Source of the DNA: Takakia lepidozioides
Lineage: Eukaryota; Plantae; Bryophyta
Direction of reading: 5' to 3'
Length of the DNA: 64,000 nucleotides
NCBI GenBank assembly: GCA_030704615.1
Contig: CM060734.1
Coordinates: 28,830,001 to 28,894,000 of the forward strand
This document shows, in pieces, positions 13,721-26,150 of the stretch. Position 1 is the first letter of the stretch, and each line of letters begins with the position of its first letter. Both the position numbers and the translations under genes were made by a program. A model generated the notes under the pieces. The model was not told the DNA's origin. It saw only the letters and a program-made list of their open reading frames with translations, and searched no databases.

Positions 13721-16700
13721 CTAGGAGGTAAGTAGCGGGATAGTACCTATGCCAAAGTTGTCGGTGGGGAGCTGGGTAAGAGCATTGGGGGTGCTGGTGG
13801 GTAGGCCGCAAATGCGTTTGGTGAGCTGGATGAAGTGTTTGTCCATTAATTTGAGATATGGGAGAGAGAAGGGGGCTGCGTGGGAAGAGTATTGGACTTG
13901 TGGCTTGAGTACGGTTTGAATGAGGGAGAGTTTGGGACGGATGGATATCAGGGATTTGAGGAGGGCCGTACTTTTGTCAGTCAATTTAGCGATTGTAGTG
14001 GATTTTTATAGGTGCCAAGTAAGGGAGGGGACTAGTTGTATGCCTAGGTAGGTGTAGGGTTCGTCAGGGCCTTAGAAGGGGAAATTTTTGTTTTGGTAGT
14101 GGATATACAATAATTTGCAGTGTGAGGCTGTCGTGGCTTTGGTGAGTTTGCTATGATGGGTAGTTGCGGTGACATCACATTTGTGGAGGCTGAGCTCCAT
14201 GCCAGACCATTGATTAAATCTAAATAGTTTGTCTGTTTGTCGGTTGATATGTTGAGGGGTGTGGGCGAGGATGGCAAGGTCGTCTGCGTAGGCCACCGCA
14301 GAGATGGTATTGTTAGAGGTTTTATAGCGGTAGCCTATCTTACCTCGGTCGATCGATCTAAGAAGGGGCTCTAGGAAGATGATGAACATGTAAGGGCTGA
14401 GGGTATCTCCTTGGAATATAGTGCCTCGCAAAATTGGGATAGGGGGAGTGGAACCGTAGTATGAGCCAGAATATTTTGTGGAGCTGTTGGTATAGATGTT
14501 GTCGATGAATTGTATAGCGTTAGTGGGATAGCCCAGGTCCGTCATAATGGCGAGAAGTCGGGCGTGGTCAAGAGATCCAAAGGCATTTTTAAAGTCAATG
14601 TACAGGAGATAGATGTCATATTTAGTGAGTTTGGCGTCTTCGAGTGCGGATAGGACATATTGTATTTGGCGAGTGGTACTATGAGTGGCACGGAAGCCTT
14701 CTTGGGGGTCACTAAGAATGTGGTGCTACTCTCCATAGCAGGAGAGCATTGTGGTTAGCGTACTAGTGAAGAGTTTGTATATGGTGTTGGTTAAAGCAAT
14801 AGGGTGGTAGTTACCGAGATCTGTGGGGTCCCCTTTTTTGTAGAGAAGGATAGTACGGCTATGTTTCCAAGATGGAGGAATACGTCGTAGGTGATAACAG
14901 AGGTGGAAAATTTTGAATAAGAGGGAGTGAAAATGAGGATCTAGAGCTTGGAGTATGGCATTGGGGATGAGATCGGGACCGGGGGTTTTGGATTTGGATA
15001 GGGATTTGCAGATACATGAGTCGTAAATAGCTATGGTGAAGAACGAGAGGATGGTATCCTCAAGGGCCCACGTTTATCTAAGGAGAATCCATCGATGTCA
15101 TGCCAAGGGTAGTGTTTGACGCTGCATAAGCAGTCGTTAGTATGTTTGCTGGGGTGGAGGCAGTGCTTGACTGTGGGTGTGTTGGAGGCTGAGGCTTGCG
15201 CCCAGATTTCATTCTTAATGTCGTCCGGTTGGATTACGAGGTGGCCATGTCGGTGTCTGAGGCAGTCGATGGGGGGGTTGAGGGCAGGGTTGAAGATGGC
15301 TTTGTGGGCACGCTTAGGGTGATCACGTAAAAGTTTCCCGAAGGATGAGACGTTTCTTGTGATTGGCAGTGACTTTTTGTTTGGTGATGTTATATGCGGC
15401 CTTCTTTGCATCCCTGCCGATTTTGGCTAGGGTAGCAATCCAGCTGGGTATGGCTGTGGGGTCGGATGGCGGGGGTAGAAGTGGTTGGCAAAGGGGGATA
15501 GCGTTTAAGCTCAAGATACGGCGATCGGTGAACCAGTTGTTGAGTGGGGTGGTGGTGGGTGTGCTGGGGATAATCGTGAGGGCGCGACGTATGGTTTGGT
15601 ATGTGTTGAGATGGGAGGTCCACTCGCGTTCTTGAGTGCGTGTAAGGTAGCCCCCATTTTGTTGTGAACGGGGGGTTTGAGGGAGTTCTGGGGGAGCGGA
15701 GCAAGTGGCGAGCACGCTGGTGGTCATGAGTTGTAGGATGGATGTGAGGGTACGTTCAGCTGCAAGCCACGTGGTTTCCGGGTGTTGGGAAAGGTTTGAG
15801 TCGGATAGGGTGTGCGAGAGGGTGAGCATTAAGGCGGAGGCGGCTGGGTGAAAATGGGATTTGAATGCGGTTTTATTACCATAGGGTAGAGGGGAGAAGA
15901 GACGTGGTTGAAGGGGTGGTGCCTACGTGACGGTAACTGGTCAAAAGGGGATGAGTGATGGTGGGAGGGAAAGGGAGATCGGGTAGTGGTCGGAATTACA
16001 TAGGCTATCAATATGTACATGGCTTTGCAAATGAGGAGGGATGGCCTCACTGGTACGTAGGTAGAATCCATCACTGAGGCTTAGTGAGGAATAATTGAGG
16101 CCACCTTGTCTAGAATAATGGTGGTCTGAGGTGATATATGCGAGGTGAATTGGGCCCAGTCTCGGTCAGCTTGGGATGGTGGTCGGTGCGTGCCATTGAA
16201 AGTGTGCCCTAGGAGTACAACATCTCTGTTGAAGTCCCCGGCCATTATGATGTGGTCATGTTGATGTGTGGGGTGAGTAAGTGTCGCGGATATGGTACTG
16301 AGAATTTCAGGGAGGGATGAGAGGTCCTCGGTGTGGGATAGCATGTAGAGATGAATGAGTAGAATAGGGCAGAGGGCCGGGGGGTGAAGGTGTAGGATTT
16401 GGAGGTGGGAGCGAAGATGGATGGGTACGGTTATCTTAGTGGTGGAGCTAGGGGAGTGGTGCGAGCGCAGGATGCCAAATGCCACCCTACCTCTTGTGGG
16501 TTTATAAGGTGCTGAGCGCCTGAGGAGGCACTGTGGCGCAGTGAGTGGGTTACTATATAACAAGTAGTAGTCCGGGAGAAGTTTTTTAATGTATGAGCTA
16601 TTAGAGTTACTGGTATGCAGTTTGGTTTCTTGTAGTAGGATGATGCGGGGGCGTGAGTCAGTGATGAGGTGGATGAGGCTCTATATACTGGTAGCTAGGG

Positions 16701-17625
16701 AGCCTACGTTCCAGGAGGTGATATTAGGGAGCTACTGCTAGTGGTGGGGCAGAGAGGCTGTGAGGCGGAGTGGGTAGTGATAGGGGGGGGTGGGGTGGGT
16801 TAGGTGGCTGGGATGGGGAGAAGCTCGGAAGGGGGGTGGTGGCTCTTAGAGTGGCTAAGATGATGTCTTTGGAGAGGAATGGGAATTTTTGAGTGGTTGC
16901 GGTGGCGTCCGGATCTAGAAGGGTGATGGTAGTCAGGTGGGCTCCGAGGGCTTTATGAATTGTACCTGGGTGGGACTGCAGAGGATTTAGGGAGGAGTGG
17001 ATGGTGTGTAGGGGGTGCGGCGGTGCTAAATAGTTATGGGGGTGCGGGGGTAGGTCTTGTAATTGTGAAAGGAAGGGATGGAGGAGGGATGAAGAGTGGG
17101 AGTGAAGAAAGCCGTTACATGTATCCGGCAAGGGAGAGATGAGTATTATGAGAGCAAATAGAAGGTGGGACTGTGGAAATGCTTGGAGGTTTTGTAGGGT
17201 TTTAGATAGCGTTGGGCAAGGATTAGTAGGGAGTCCAAAGGTTGTAACATGGGCTATTGGTGGGTGGTGTGTGGATGGGTTGTGGGGGAAGAAGGGAGCA
17301 AAGTGGTCGGTGATATGTCGATAGTTATGCATTAGTGACATGGTGTTCGGCTGGAAGTATAATGCATATCTGTATTGTGCATCGATGGGGGACTCGCTGA
17401 TGATTTCGTCGAGGGTAGAAGGTCCGGGATTTGGATGTATGTCCCCACAGCGGAGAAGTAGGAGGGTCAGGCAGATGTCCGTGTATAGGTTGTTTGGTTT
17501 GGGGGGTGATGATAAAAGTGTTTTGACTTATCTAGGAGATATTAACACTCGTACACAAAGAGCTCGCGATCGTGCAGGCTCAACTCAAGAGAGATGAGCC
17601 GCACGACCGACGAGAGTAAAGATAA
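13721..17625 (-). mobile_element. Degenerate non-LTR retrotransposon (APE + RT), Dualen/RandI-like, 3'-truncated
   Basis: APE motifs ITSWNVGS, ILLQETKL and IMAGDFNRD at ~16720-16100. RT motifs PGPDLIPN, LLYKKGDP...IALTNTIYKL, QEGFR, YIDFKNAFGS, RGTI-QGDTLSPYMF and AYADDL at ~15000-14250. Many frameshifts. The clade call rests on motif style only. Confidence 0.85.
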
Positions 17626-18664
17626 GATCTTCTAGATATCAAGTTTAGATCTTGACACCTGATTTAGCACTTGAACTAATTTCAAGTGTTAAATACAAAT
17701 AACTAGATTTATTCTAGTTAGGTTCACACTATGTTTAATTTAACTTGACATTTGTCGTGCGCATACATATCGCTACACAACTATATTGTTGTCCAAACCA
17801 CACCACACATATATGCACAACAAAGTAGTCTGCCACAATCGCCCCTCTAGCTGGTGGTTTGGTCCCTCTAACTCCAGATAGCTACAAGATGTAATAATAG
17901 TCATAGCCTCGCAGCTAAGTCCCCTACCACTGTCTCTATTGTGCCCAAACTCGATAGATCAAGAGGCCGGGTACAAGAGTAGCCCCATCGTTAGTCGCCG
18001 TCTTGCAATCTGTGAACTTGAGCCAGAGATCTCGTGTATTGGTCTCCTAGTAGCTTGGCCTTGTGGTTATTGTTAGCCTCCCATGGTTGTATCCATTACC
18101 ACTATTAAATGCAGCGTGGACACAACCAATCCCCATCATGAACTATCTCAAGAGGTGGCGTCAAGCATCCCATGTGCCAACCTCTTGAGCATCGATCACA
18201 CACCAACATGATGGTTGCCCCTCTGGCAGACCCACACAACATGCACCACAAACCTGTAGGTATCACTGCCAAGTTTGGGTCAATTCTGCCATCGATATTT
18301 GGAATGTGACATGGCGCACAATTACGCACATGGTCCTTCCAAGTCATGCCATCCCGACTCTCCAAGGTCATGACTCCTAAGGGCAACACCTCTCAAAATA
18401 ATACGTCACATCCAGGGTCATCGGAGCAGTCTGCTGCAGATAAACATAGTCACCAGGGTGAAATCTCCGAACCCCTGGACGATAGCCCCCACCACTTATG
18501 ATAGCATACCTCAATGTATCATGATGTTGGGCAATGACAAAGTTCTCGAAAGCCATGGGCATGATTATCTTGAACAACTTCGCGCGCTGATCACAGACAC
18601 ATGCCCACACGTCTAGATCGTCAAGGGTGAGGACTGGAGCAACCTCTCTACGAATGGCCCCACT

Positions 18665-19322
18665 CTAACCCTAATCCTGTTAGTCCACAACGCTTCCCAC
18701 ACCCATATACCTATAGACTTCTCTACCCACCTTAAACTGTTACTGTCCGACACTCACAACATGACTATCACATCCTTTCCAACGCCACCTTTACATGCTC
18801 CATCTCGATCCCCTTACAGACCAAAAACAAACAAACCATGGATTCCGACCCCTCCCCGTCCCATCCCGTTTCTCAATATCACCCATGTTGGAGCACCTCC
18901 AATTCATCTAGGCCCTACCTCTTTAAAATACCCCTCAGCACATGCACACTACACAGATGGCTCCCAAGCTGGCTCCTGCGCCGGATATGGAGTCTACCAC
19001 ACGGCCACTAACACTAGTACAGCCCACCGACTTCCGGGCCCCGCAACCATACTATGTGCCGAACTTATGGCTGTCTACGAAGCCCTCTCACAGCTACACG
19101 CATTCCCCTCACCATACTACATTTTTACAGACAGCTTAACTTCGCTCTTTCTCCTGCGAAACCACATAGCCAGCCCATCCTCCCACCATCACTACCTAGA
19201 TCGTGATCTTATCTCAGCAATCCTCACTTTAGCCATCTCAATCAACCAACCTATTCAATTTCTTAAAGTACGCTCACATACTGGAATCAACGGGAACGAG
19301 GAGGCTGACCTCCTTGCCACGC
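18665..19322 (+). mobile_element. RNase H fragment of a LINE (Dualen/RandI-like), embedded antisense in the Gypsy integrase
   Basis: ORF 18761-19345 contains HYTDGS, TILCAELMAV, IFTDSLTS and FLKVRSHTGINGNEEADLLA. Its C-rich composition matches the LINE at 13721-17625. Confidence 0.8.
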
Positions 19323-21288
19323 CACCAGTACTGCCCCTACAGTAAACAGTGAGTGCGTCGTACCCCAAAATGTCTCAATTCCTCATGGGCATGCTGCACT
19401 AACTGTGCCCGCTGTGTTGGGTGAGGCACAATTCTCACTCGACCATCTTTCCACACTCGGAGCAGGTGTGTCCCCTCCCACTTGAACCTCTTGGCTCATT
19501 GCAGGATCCGATCCCTCTCCTTGGCAGTCACAGTGGCTGCCGTTTCTCCAGTGCGGAGATAGTCCAACACAGCTGAATCCTCGTGTATATCTCTGGCGCC
19601 ACCTTGCTCATCGCTGGCCTCAGGGTCTTTAGACACTCAGTCTACAGTCATCCATGTTGTAGGTCCAACATAGCCTTCCACTGCCAAGATACACAGAAAT
19701 ACAGATGTGTGTCATCCGGGCACCATCTCCTCGTCCGTCTCACCATGCCACCGATTAGCGCCAGTGTTATCCTCCTGGCTCGTGCATGGATTGTGACTCA
19801 ACCCATTCGCATCCCAATTGACTAGATCGGGTCGATGTACCATTAGAAAGTCATACTCCTGGAGTATGAGTGCCCTCTGTGCAAAGCTTTCCCGTAAGCT
19901 TGTCTGACTCCATCAACCGCTTGAGTGGTTGGTGATCCGTGACAAGGGTGAAGAGGTTGTCGTATAGATAGCACCTAAAGTGTGTCATTGCCCACACTGC
20001 AGCTAAGTACTCTCCCTCATAGGAGCTGTACTTTGTCTCTGCAGCATTGTTCGAGCGGCTAAGCAGAGGCCACTACAAACTTTCTCCCTTTATGTCATCC
20101 ACATGTGTGAGCACTGCTCCAAACCCCAGCATGCTTCAATCCGTATGTAACTGAAAGGGACGCCCCCTGATAGGTCGTCTCAGGATGGGCGCCGAGGTCA
20201 ACCTCGCCTTGAGCTCCTGAAAATCTCATTCTTGCTCATCTTCCCACTGCCACTCCTGGTCCACCTCGGTCAGCTTGGTTAGAGCCTTTGCAATGGCACT
20301 AAATCCCTTGACAAACCGTCGATAATAGTTTGCTAAACCCATGAAAGCCCAAACTTGGCGCACATCCGTGGGGCATGGAATTTGCGCAATGGCCTCTACC
20401 TTAGTCTACTGTACCCCCAATCCTCCAGGATATATCATGTGACCCATATATTCAATCTGGTTATGGAAAAACTTGCATTTCCCCAGATGTAACTTCCATC
20501 CGTGTGCTCTCAAGCGCTCAAATACCACTTGAAGGTGTCTCTCATGCTCCTCCACCGTAGCACTGAAAATGATGATGTCATCTATGTAGCACCGAACAAA
20601 TTCCACCCCTGCCAGAATCCTGTCCATGACTCTCTAGAATTCTGCAGGAGCATTCTTGAATGGTAAAAATCGCCACTGATATAGACAATAATTGTTGTGC
20701 TCATTGATCCCCCAGAGTGTCATGTTTTGTTTGTCCGCCCCCTTGATCGCGGGCAACTGGTGATATCCGGATCGTAAAACCTTGGCATGCCCAATGGCAT
20801 CAAAGATCTCATCCAACATTGGCATGGCATATCTATCGGACTTGGTCTGACAATTTACAGGTCGATAATCCCCGCACATACGTCTCTCCGTCCAATTGTC
20901 ATAGACATCCTTCTTGGCTAGCATCACTGTGGCTGAAGCATACTCTCCACCAGATAACTCCAAACCAGTCTCCCAGAGGTCATGAGTCCTCATCTGAATC
21001 AAGGACCTCTCTCATTGTATCTATAGGGTCTCCAAAAGATTGGCTTGTCAGTGACCAACTCAATGCGAATTTCTTGACCATTTAATGCTTCCAAGTCCTT
21101 CAAATTGAAGACAAAGCATTCTTGTAAGCCCTCAAGAGCCGTCGTATACATCGTCTCTCTCCTCCGGTGACTATGGGTCCAACATCAAGCTCCCAGTTGT
21201 CCTCCGTGAATGCAACTTTGAGTCCAGCAGGCTTAGAGGTAGAAGACGCGTCCCGTGGTTGCTATCCTGCAACCTCTTGAGCAGTCCC

Positions 21289-21856
21289 GAGGGTAGCTAC
21301 CGTGTGAGTAACTCATGTGAGCCTGCTCACGCTTTAAGTGGTAAACGTGAGCAGAATCCCTTAAGCGTGAGCAGATTAGTGAATGAGAGCCTACAACCGA
21401 GGGAAGAAGATGGCCTATTGCCGTGGACAAAAACTACACTACACGGACGCAATCTCCACCCCATCCGACGGAAGAATCCTTGCTGGGTGACGACCATATG
21501 GTACGAATGTGCGATTAAAAGCTGCCGGATAAATGGTTTTGAGATGAATGAAAAAAGGAATGGATGAATGTTAAATGACTTTTGGATGAAAAATGAGCGA
21601 CATGAATGAACCATGGTGCATGTGCAGGTGCTCGGGATTAAAGTGTCGTCAACGACATCTTAATTCCCAATACAAGTTGGCACATGACAACTTACGGAAA
21701 AACCAAAATCCCCGGAAAAATTCTCCCAAAAACATTAACCAAAAAACTTTCAAGGCGAAGAAGCCTTGGCGGTAAGGCAGTGTGTGTGCAGGTGGTGGGG
21801 ATTAAGGTGTCGTCAACGCCATCTTAATTCCCAGCAAGTTTTCCAAAAAAAAAACC

Positions 21857-21899
<43 letters not shown>

Positions 21900-22949
21900 C
21901 CCCCCGCCCCCCCCAATGTGCCAGATTAAGGTGTCATCAACGACATCTTAATTCCCAGTACGAGTTGGCACATGACAATTCATGGAAAAACCAAAAACCC
22001 CAAAAAAATTCACCCAAAACATTTCAACCAAAAAAAATCTGATGGCGAACAGCCTTGGCGGTACGGCGGTGTGTGTGCAGGTGCTGGGGATTAAGGTGTC
22101 ATCAACGACATCTTAATTCCCAGTACGAGTTGGCACATGACAATTCATGGAAAAACCAAAAACCCCAAAAAAATTCATCCAAAAAATTTCAACCCAAAAA
22201 AATATGATGGCGAACAAGCCTTGGCGGTGAGGCGGTGTGTGTGCAGGTGATGGGGGTTAAGGTGTCGTCAACGACATCTTAATTCCCAGTACGAGTTGGC
22301 ATATGACAATTCATGGAAAAACCAAAAACCCCAAAAAAATTCACCCAAAAAACTTCAACCCAAAAAAATCTGATGGCAAACAAGCCTTGGTGGTAAGGCG
22401 GTGTGTGTGTAGGTGGTGGGGATTAAGGTGTCGTCAACGACATCTTAATTCCCAGTATGTGTTTTGAAATGTTTATTTATAAAGCACGAGTTCACCTCTC
22501 TGCCTTCTTCAGATTTGGGTGTGAGCCTCTTTCTCAACCTTGGATACCTGGAAAAATGACAAGTAACCCCTCCTCAATCCACAAAGCAATGTGGATTCAT
22601 TGTTGGCAATATACACTGCACTTTCACAAATTGATTTGCAAACAAGACTAGCATGGTTTAAAGGATTTCGGAGTTTGGGGGATTTGGGAGCTACTACTAC
22701 AAAACAACTTTGTATTATTTCATTCATCCATGTCTCATTCATCATACAGACATTCATCCGCCATTCATCCCTCATTCATCCCAGCAGCATCCATAACCGA
22801 GCTTGTAATACTAGCCACTCTGCGCAGTAATAGGTCTTCTAAGTCGAGTAGGCGCCCGCGGTTATAGGTGGGCAAATCCTGCAGCGTGAGCAAATTTCTG
22901 CTCACGGATTTTTCTGCTCGCGGGATCTGGTCACAGAATAACATCCCAC
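21289..22949. mobile_element. Non-autonomous MULE-like element (1.66 kb) inserted in the Gypsy pol
   Basis: 9-bp TSD AGCAGTCCC at 21280-21288 and 22950-22958. Imperfect termini GAGGGTAGC... and ...AACATCCCAC. Subterminal GTGAGC/GCTCAC, CCTACAACCGAGG/CCGCGGTTATAGG and CATTCATCC motifs are shared with 26227-36336 and ~58100-58518. The Gypsy sequence resumes across the insertion. Confidence 0.85.
21620..22456 (+). repeat. Tandem array of ~165-bp units, each carrying a ~35-bp hairpin; one unit interrupted by a poly-T/poly-C tract
   Basis: Hairpin GGGATTAAGGTGTCGTCAACGACATCTTAATTCCC; its ATTAA core lies at ~21637, 21801, 21925, 22090, 22256 and 22422. Poly-T at ~21857-21899. Confidence 0.93.
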
Positions 22950-23149
22950 AGCAGTCCCTGCCTGCTCAGTTAGTGACAAGGCCTCATCCTGCCCTATCAT
23001 CCCTTCCTTGAGGACTTCCTCAGCCCGAGAAAAATCCCCAACCTCATCCATCACCCTAGCCGCCTTGGCTGCTAACTCCCTTTGAACCTCGAGCACCTCC
23101 CACATGTGTCATGGATGTCTGCACCACAAACTATGATCAAATAGACCAG

Positions 23150-24678
23150 CTCCTGGGGGAAGGCGGGCTCCGCCTTCCCGCCGCCAGTCTCTGCTAAATA
23201 TCTTAGTCATGACTAAATCCATAGGGTTTCACCATTTTTCTACTTTCCTCAAGGGCGTTACCTCTCTTTGCAGCGGATCCACTAACTTACCCCTAGCTAA
23301 GTGTTTAGCACCGTCCAGCGGCCCTTAGCTCTGCCCTGCAGCCTCGCAACACCCCGGCTTCGCTCTACCTCGTTCATAAGACTCGCATCTTCTCTACGCG
23401 TCTTTTAAGCTATCTCTTGCTAATCTTTTTAGCGATCTATGGGCGAATATGTCTGCGACCGCTTGTTACCTCCTCTCTCGCCGGGCCCGCTGCATCCAGC
23501 CTCAGGATGCTCATTCCACCCGTCAATTCAAAGCTCACTACACCAGCACCTTCGAAGGCCACCTGACGGTGTATACGCTTATCCATGTTATGTTTACTTT
23601 CTCGATTCTTACTCTGGCGTTTTCAAGTTCCTCTTTTTGGCGTTGGAAGGTCTACCACCCACCTCCTCTCTATCAGCTATGGAATGGTTACTCTACAGTT
23701 ATGTCTACAGCGGCGCTCCACTCTACTTTGGGCGGACGGATTCTTCCCCACCCCCCATCCGGTGCACAAACCGAGCATTCCCGTACGGTGCACAACTTTC
23801 AAGCAATGGCGTCTCCGACCTGGCGAATCTTATATACTACAGTATGCCCACGGGGAGGGCAGCTGCCTATCTTGTGGCATGAAGGCAAGCCTCATCATTT
23901 GGTCCCCAAAGTCCCAGCCAGTCCGCCGGCTCCGGCAACCAGCAACTCGATGTCTACTCCCCATCAGGAAGCATACTTATCCCTCACTCATAATTTATAC
24001 CTCTCCTTCCTTTATTACAATCGTTTCCACACTTCCTACTTTGCGTTCTCTTCAATTCATGCCCTACAGTGCCCACACATATCACCACTAAAAGATTCTA
24101 CTAAGTACTCAAGCGCTTGATCCTATTTGCCTGACTCACCCTCAAAATCCGCCCAACACCTCAGATCTTTTGCTCAAAACCCCCCCCATATATAGGTCCC
24201 AGCCATCGTCCAAGACCTTCTGCCCTACCATAACCCACCCCACTCCCACTGCAGATCCCCACACCACCTATTTCACACGCTACTGCTGCACACTGAACCT
24301 TCTCAGCATGCCTAAGCTCTCGATACCAGTGTTGCTTCCCTATTGGCACCTTGTTACACTGCCCGCCGACTCTGCTCCTGCCCGCCGACTCTGCAAACTG
24401 CACCCACGACCACAGTATTCTATTAAATAAGTCCCTCAATTGCCACATTTCCTATACTCTCTCCCTCCCACAGTTGCACTACCCTGCCCTGCTTGATTAC
24501 ACAGCCACTCTGGCACCTCCCCCATCTCCTTTATACTACACCTCTCCCTCAATTCGCCCCAATACCAGTTCACTTCCCCTGTCCAGCTTCTGAGTACCAT
24601 CCACTCCCCCATCTCAGCCCTGCCAGTTCTCGCCCTCTGCCGAGCCATCCATCCTCACCAGCCTGGTGCTCCATCATC

Positions 24679-24711
<33 letters not shown>

Positions 24712-26150
24712 ACTTTCCCACAGCATCAGAACTCTGGCATGCATCAGCCTCTACCCCTGGCCTTTTCGTACCCCACAGTTCATTACCTCCCAGACATGCC
24801 ACCCCCCCTTACTCTTTACAATACCATCATAAAACAACCTACCAATACCAGCCTATCTCTCCTCTCCCTCTCCTGCCAATGTGCCTGATCCCTCCCTTCC
24901 CCCTTGTCACCTGGCCCCACAACTCTACCTTTGATCTATGGCCTGCTCCTGCTCACCACACTTGGTTCCCCAATTTATATTCTGCTGGCTTTTTCTCCCA
25001 GTATGTGTCCTTTACTCTCTTCCCAATTTCATGTTGCCTACTTTGCATATTCCCATAATAGGCCTTACAGTGCCCTCACTGTATGCCCCATGTTCTAACT
25101 CCCCTCTCTCTTTTACAGGATGCGTACCAAATCTCCACTCCACACATTACATATGTCCCACATATGTTCATGTTCTTCATAGTCAGCACCACCTCTTTTT
25201 ACAACTTGGTGAGCCCTTTGGCTTAAGGGAAGATCTCTCTCTTCCCCTGATTCACTTGCCTACTCTAACAATTCTCTCTCCCAGGCTTGCCCACTATCAC
25301 CACCTGCTCAACCCTGTCACATCGAATCAGTATTGCCTCGTATTCATACCCAGGAGCCCAAAGATGCCCCAGCTATCTCACCCTCTCTTGCTGCCAAAGC
25401 ATTCTGCTATTCCACCTTACCCCACTGCCCCAAAACACTGCCATTGGCATCCCCTATGGCCTCAGCTCAATCCACGGCTCCTTCACTCTATGTACTCAGC
25501 CAGTAACCTCCCTTACCCATTCCACCCAACCCCCCCCCCCCCCAGGTGAGTGCCACGGCCTGTCTCTTCTCACCCCCCCTGCCCATCTGTTGCCCCAACC
25601 TCAGGTCCCCTTCTTCCTACCATGCTTTCCAGCTTCCCTTCAGCAACTATCTATCCAACGCAACACCCACCCAGCTACCCACAAGCCAGCTAACCTTAAT
25701 CCTGTCTGCCTAGACTCCACTAGACCCCTTTTGAGCAGCCCCTCTTCCAAGTCTACTCCCTGCCCCCCCCCCCCCCCCCCCCTGGGGCTGCCACATTCAT
25801 GATAGCCACCACCCTAACAGTCTACCCCCCTCTTTACAATCTTGCCACAATGCCCGTACCCCTCTCTCAGCACATATAATATGATCTCACTCTACACTAC
25901 ATCTCGTTCTAACCCTCACTTCCTGATTGCAGGCTATCTATACAACATTTACCGCACAACACACCCACACTTCCCCCTATGGGGCTCTCTCACACAATGG
26001 TCCTCTATATTCCACTCAATCAGTTAAATATGCCCCTTTTTGTCTCAACCCACCCTCTCTGCTCTCAGCACACTGCCCATCTCCCTCTTTTTCACAGCTC
26101 CCAACGTTGGCTTCTCTCTACGTATGTCTCTTTCCAAACTTAGTAGTACC
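23150..26150 (+). mobile_element. Highly degenerate C-rich LINE-like remnant (ORF1-like)
   Basis: Strong C/T strand skew, poly-C tracts and Pro-rich broken ORFs resemble the ORF1 region of the LINE at 60500-64000. No clean catalytic motif. Confidence 0.4.

Larger units (their letters stand above)
17753..23110 (-). mobile_element. Degenerate Ty3/Gypsy LTR retrotransposon: RT, RNase H, integrase with C-terminal PHD finger; 5' part missing; carries two nested insertions
   Basis: RT RMCGDYRPVN, SGYHQL, PF-KNAPAEF and CYIDDI (20406-21002). RNase H ~19860-20400 (SSYEGE, VTDH-PL). Integrase pieces ~19330-19850 and 18377-18660. PHD 18105-18260. LTR-like end TGTCGTGCG... at 17753, repeated at ~39542. 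The PR-RT linker continues at 22950-23105 beyond the MITE insertion. Confidence 0.88.

Noticed and set aside
18761-19345. Extra RNase H domain of the Gypsy element (as in Tat/Ogre)
   Set aside because: It is antisense to pol, replaces part of the integrase core and has LINE-like composition, so it is better explained as a nested fragment.
21620-22456. Regularly spaced palindromic repeats resembling a CRISPR array
   Set aside because: The intervening sequences are near-identical (tandem repeat) and ~130 bp long, there are no cas genes, and the context is eukaryotic.
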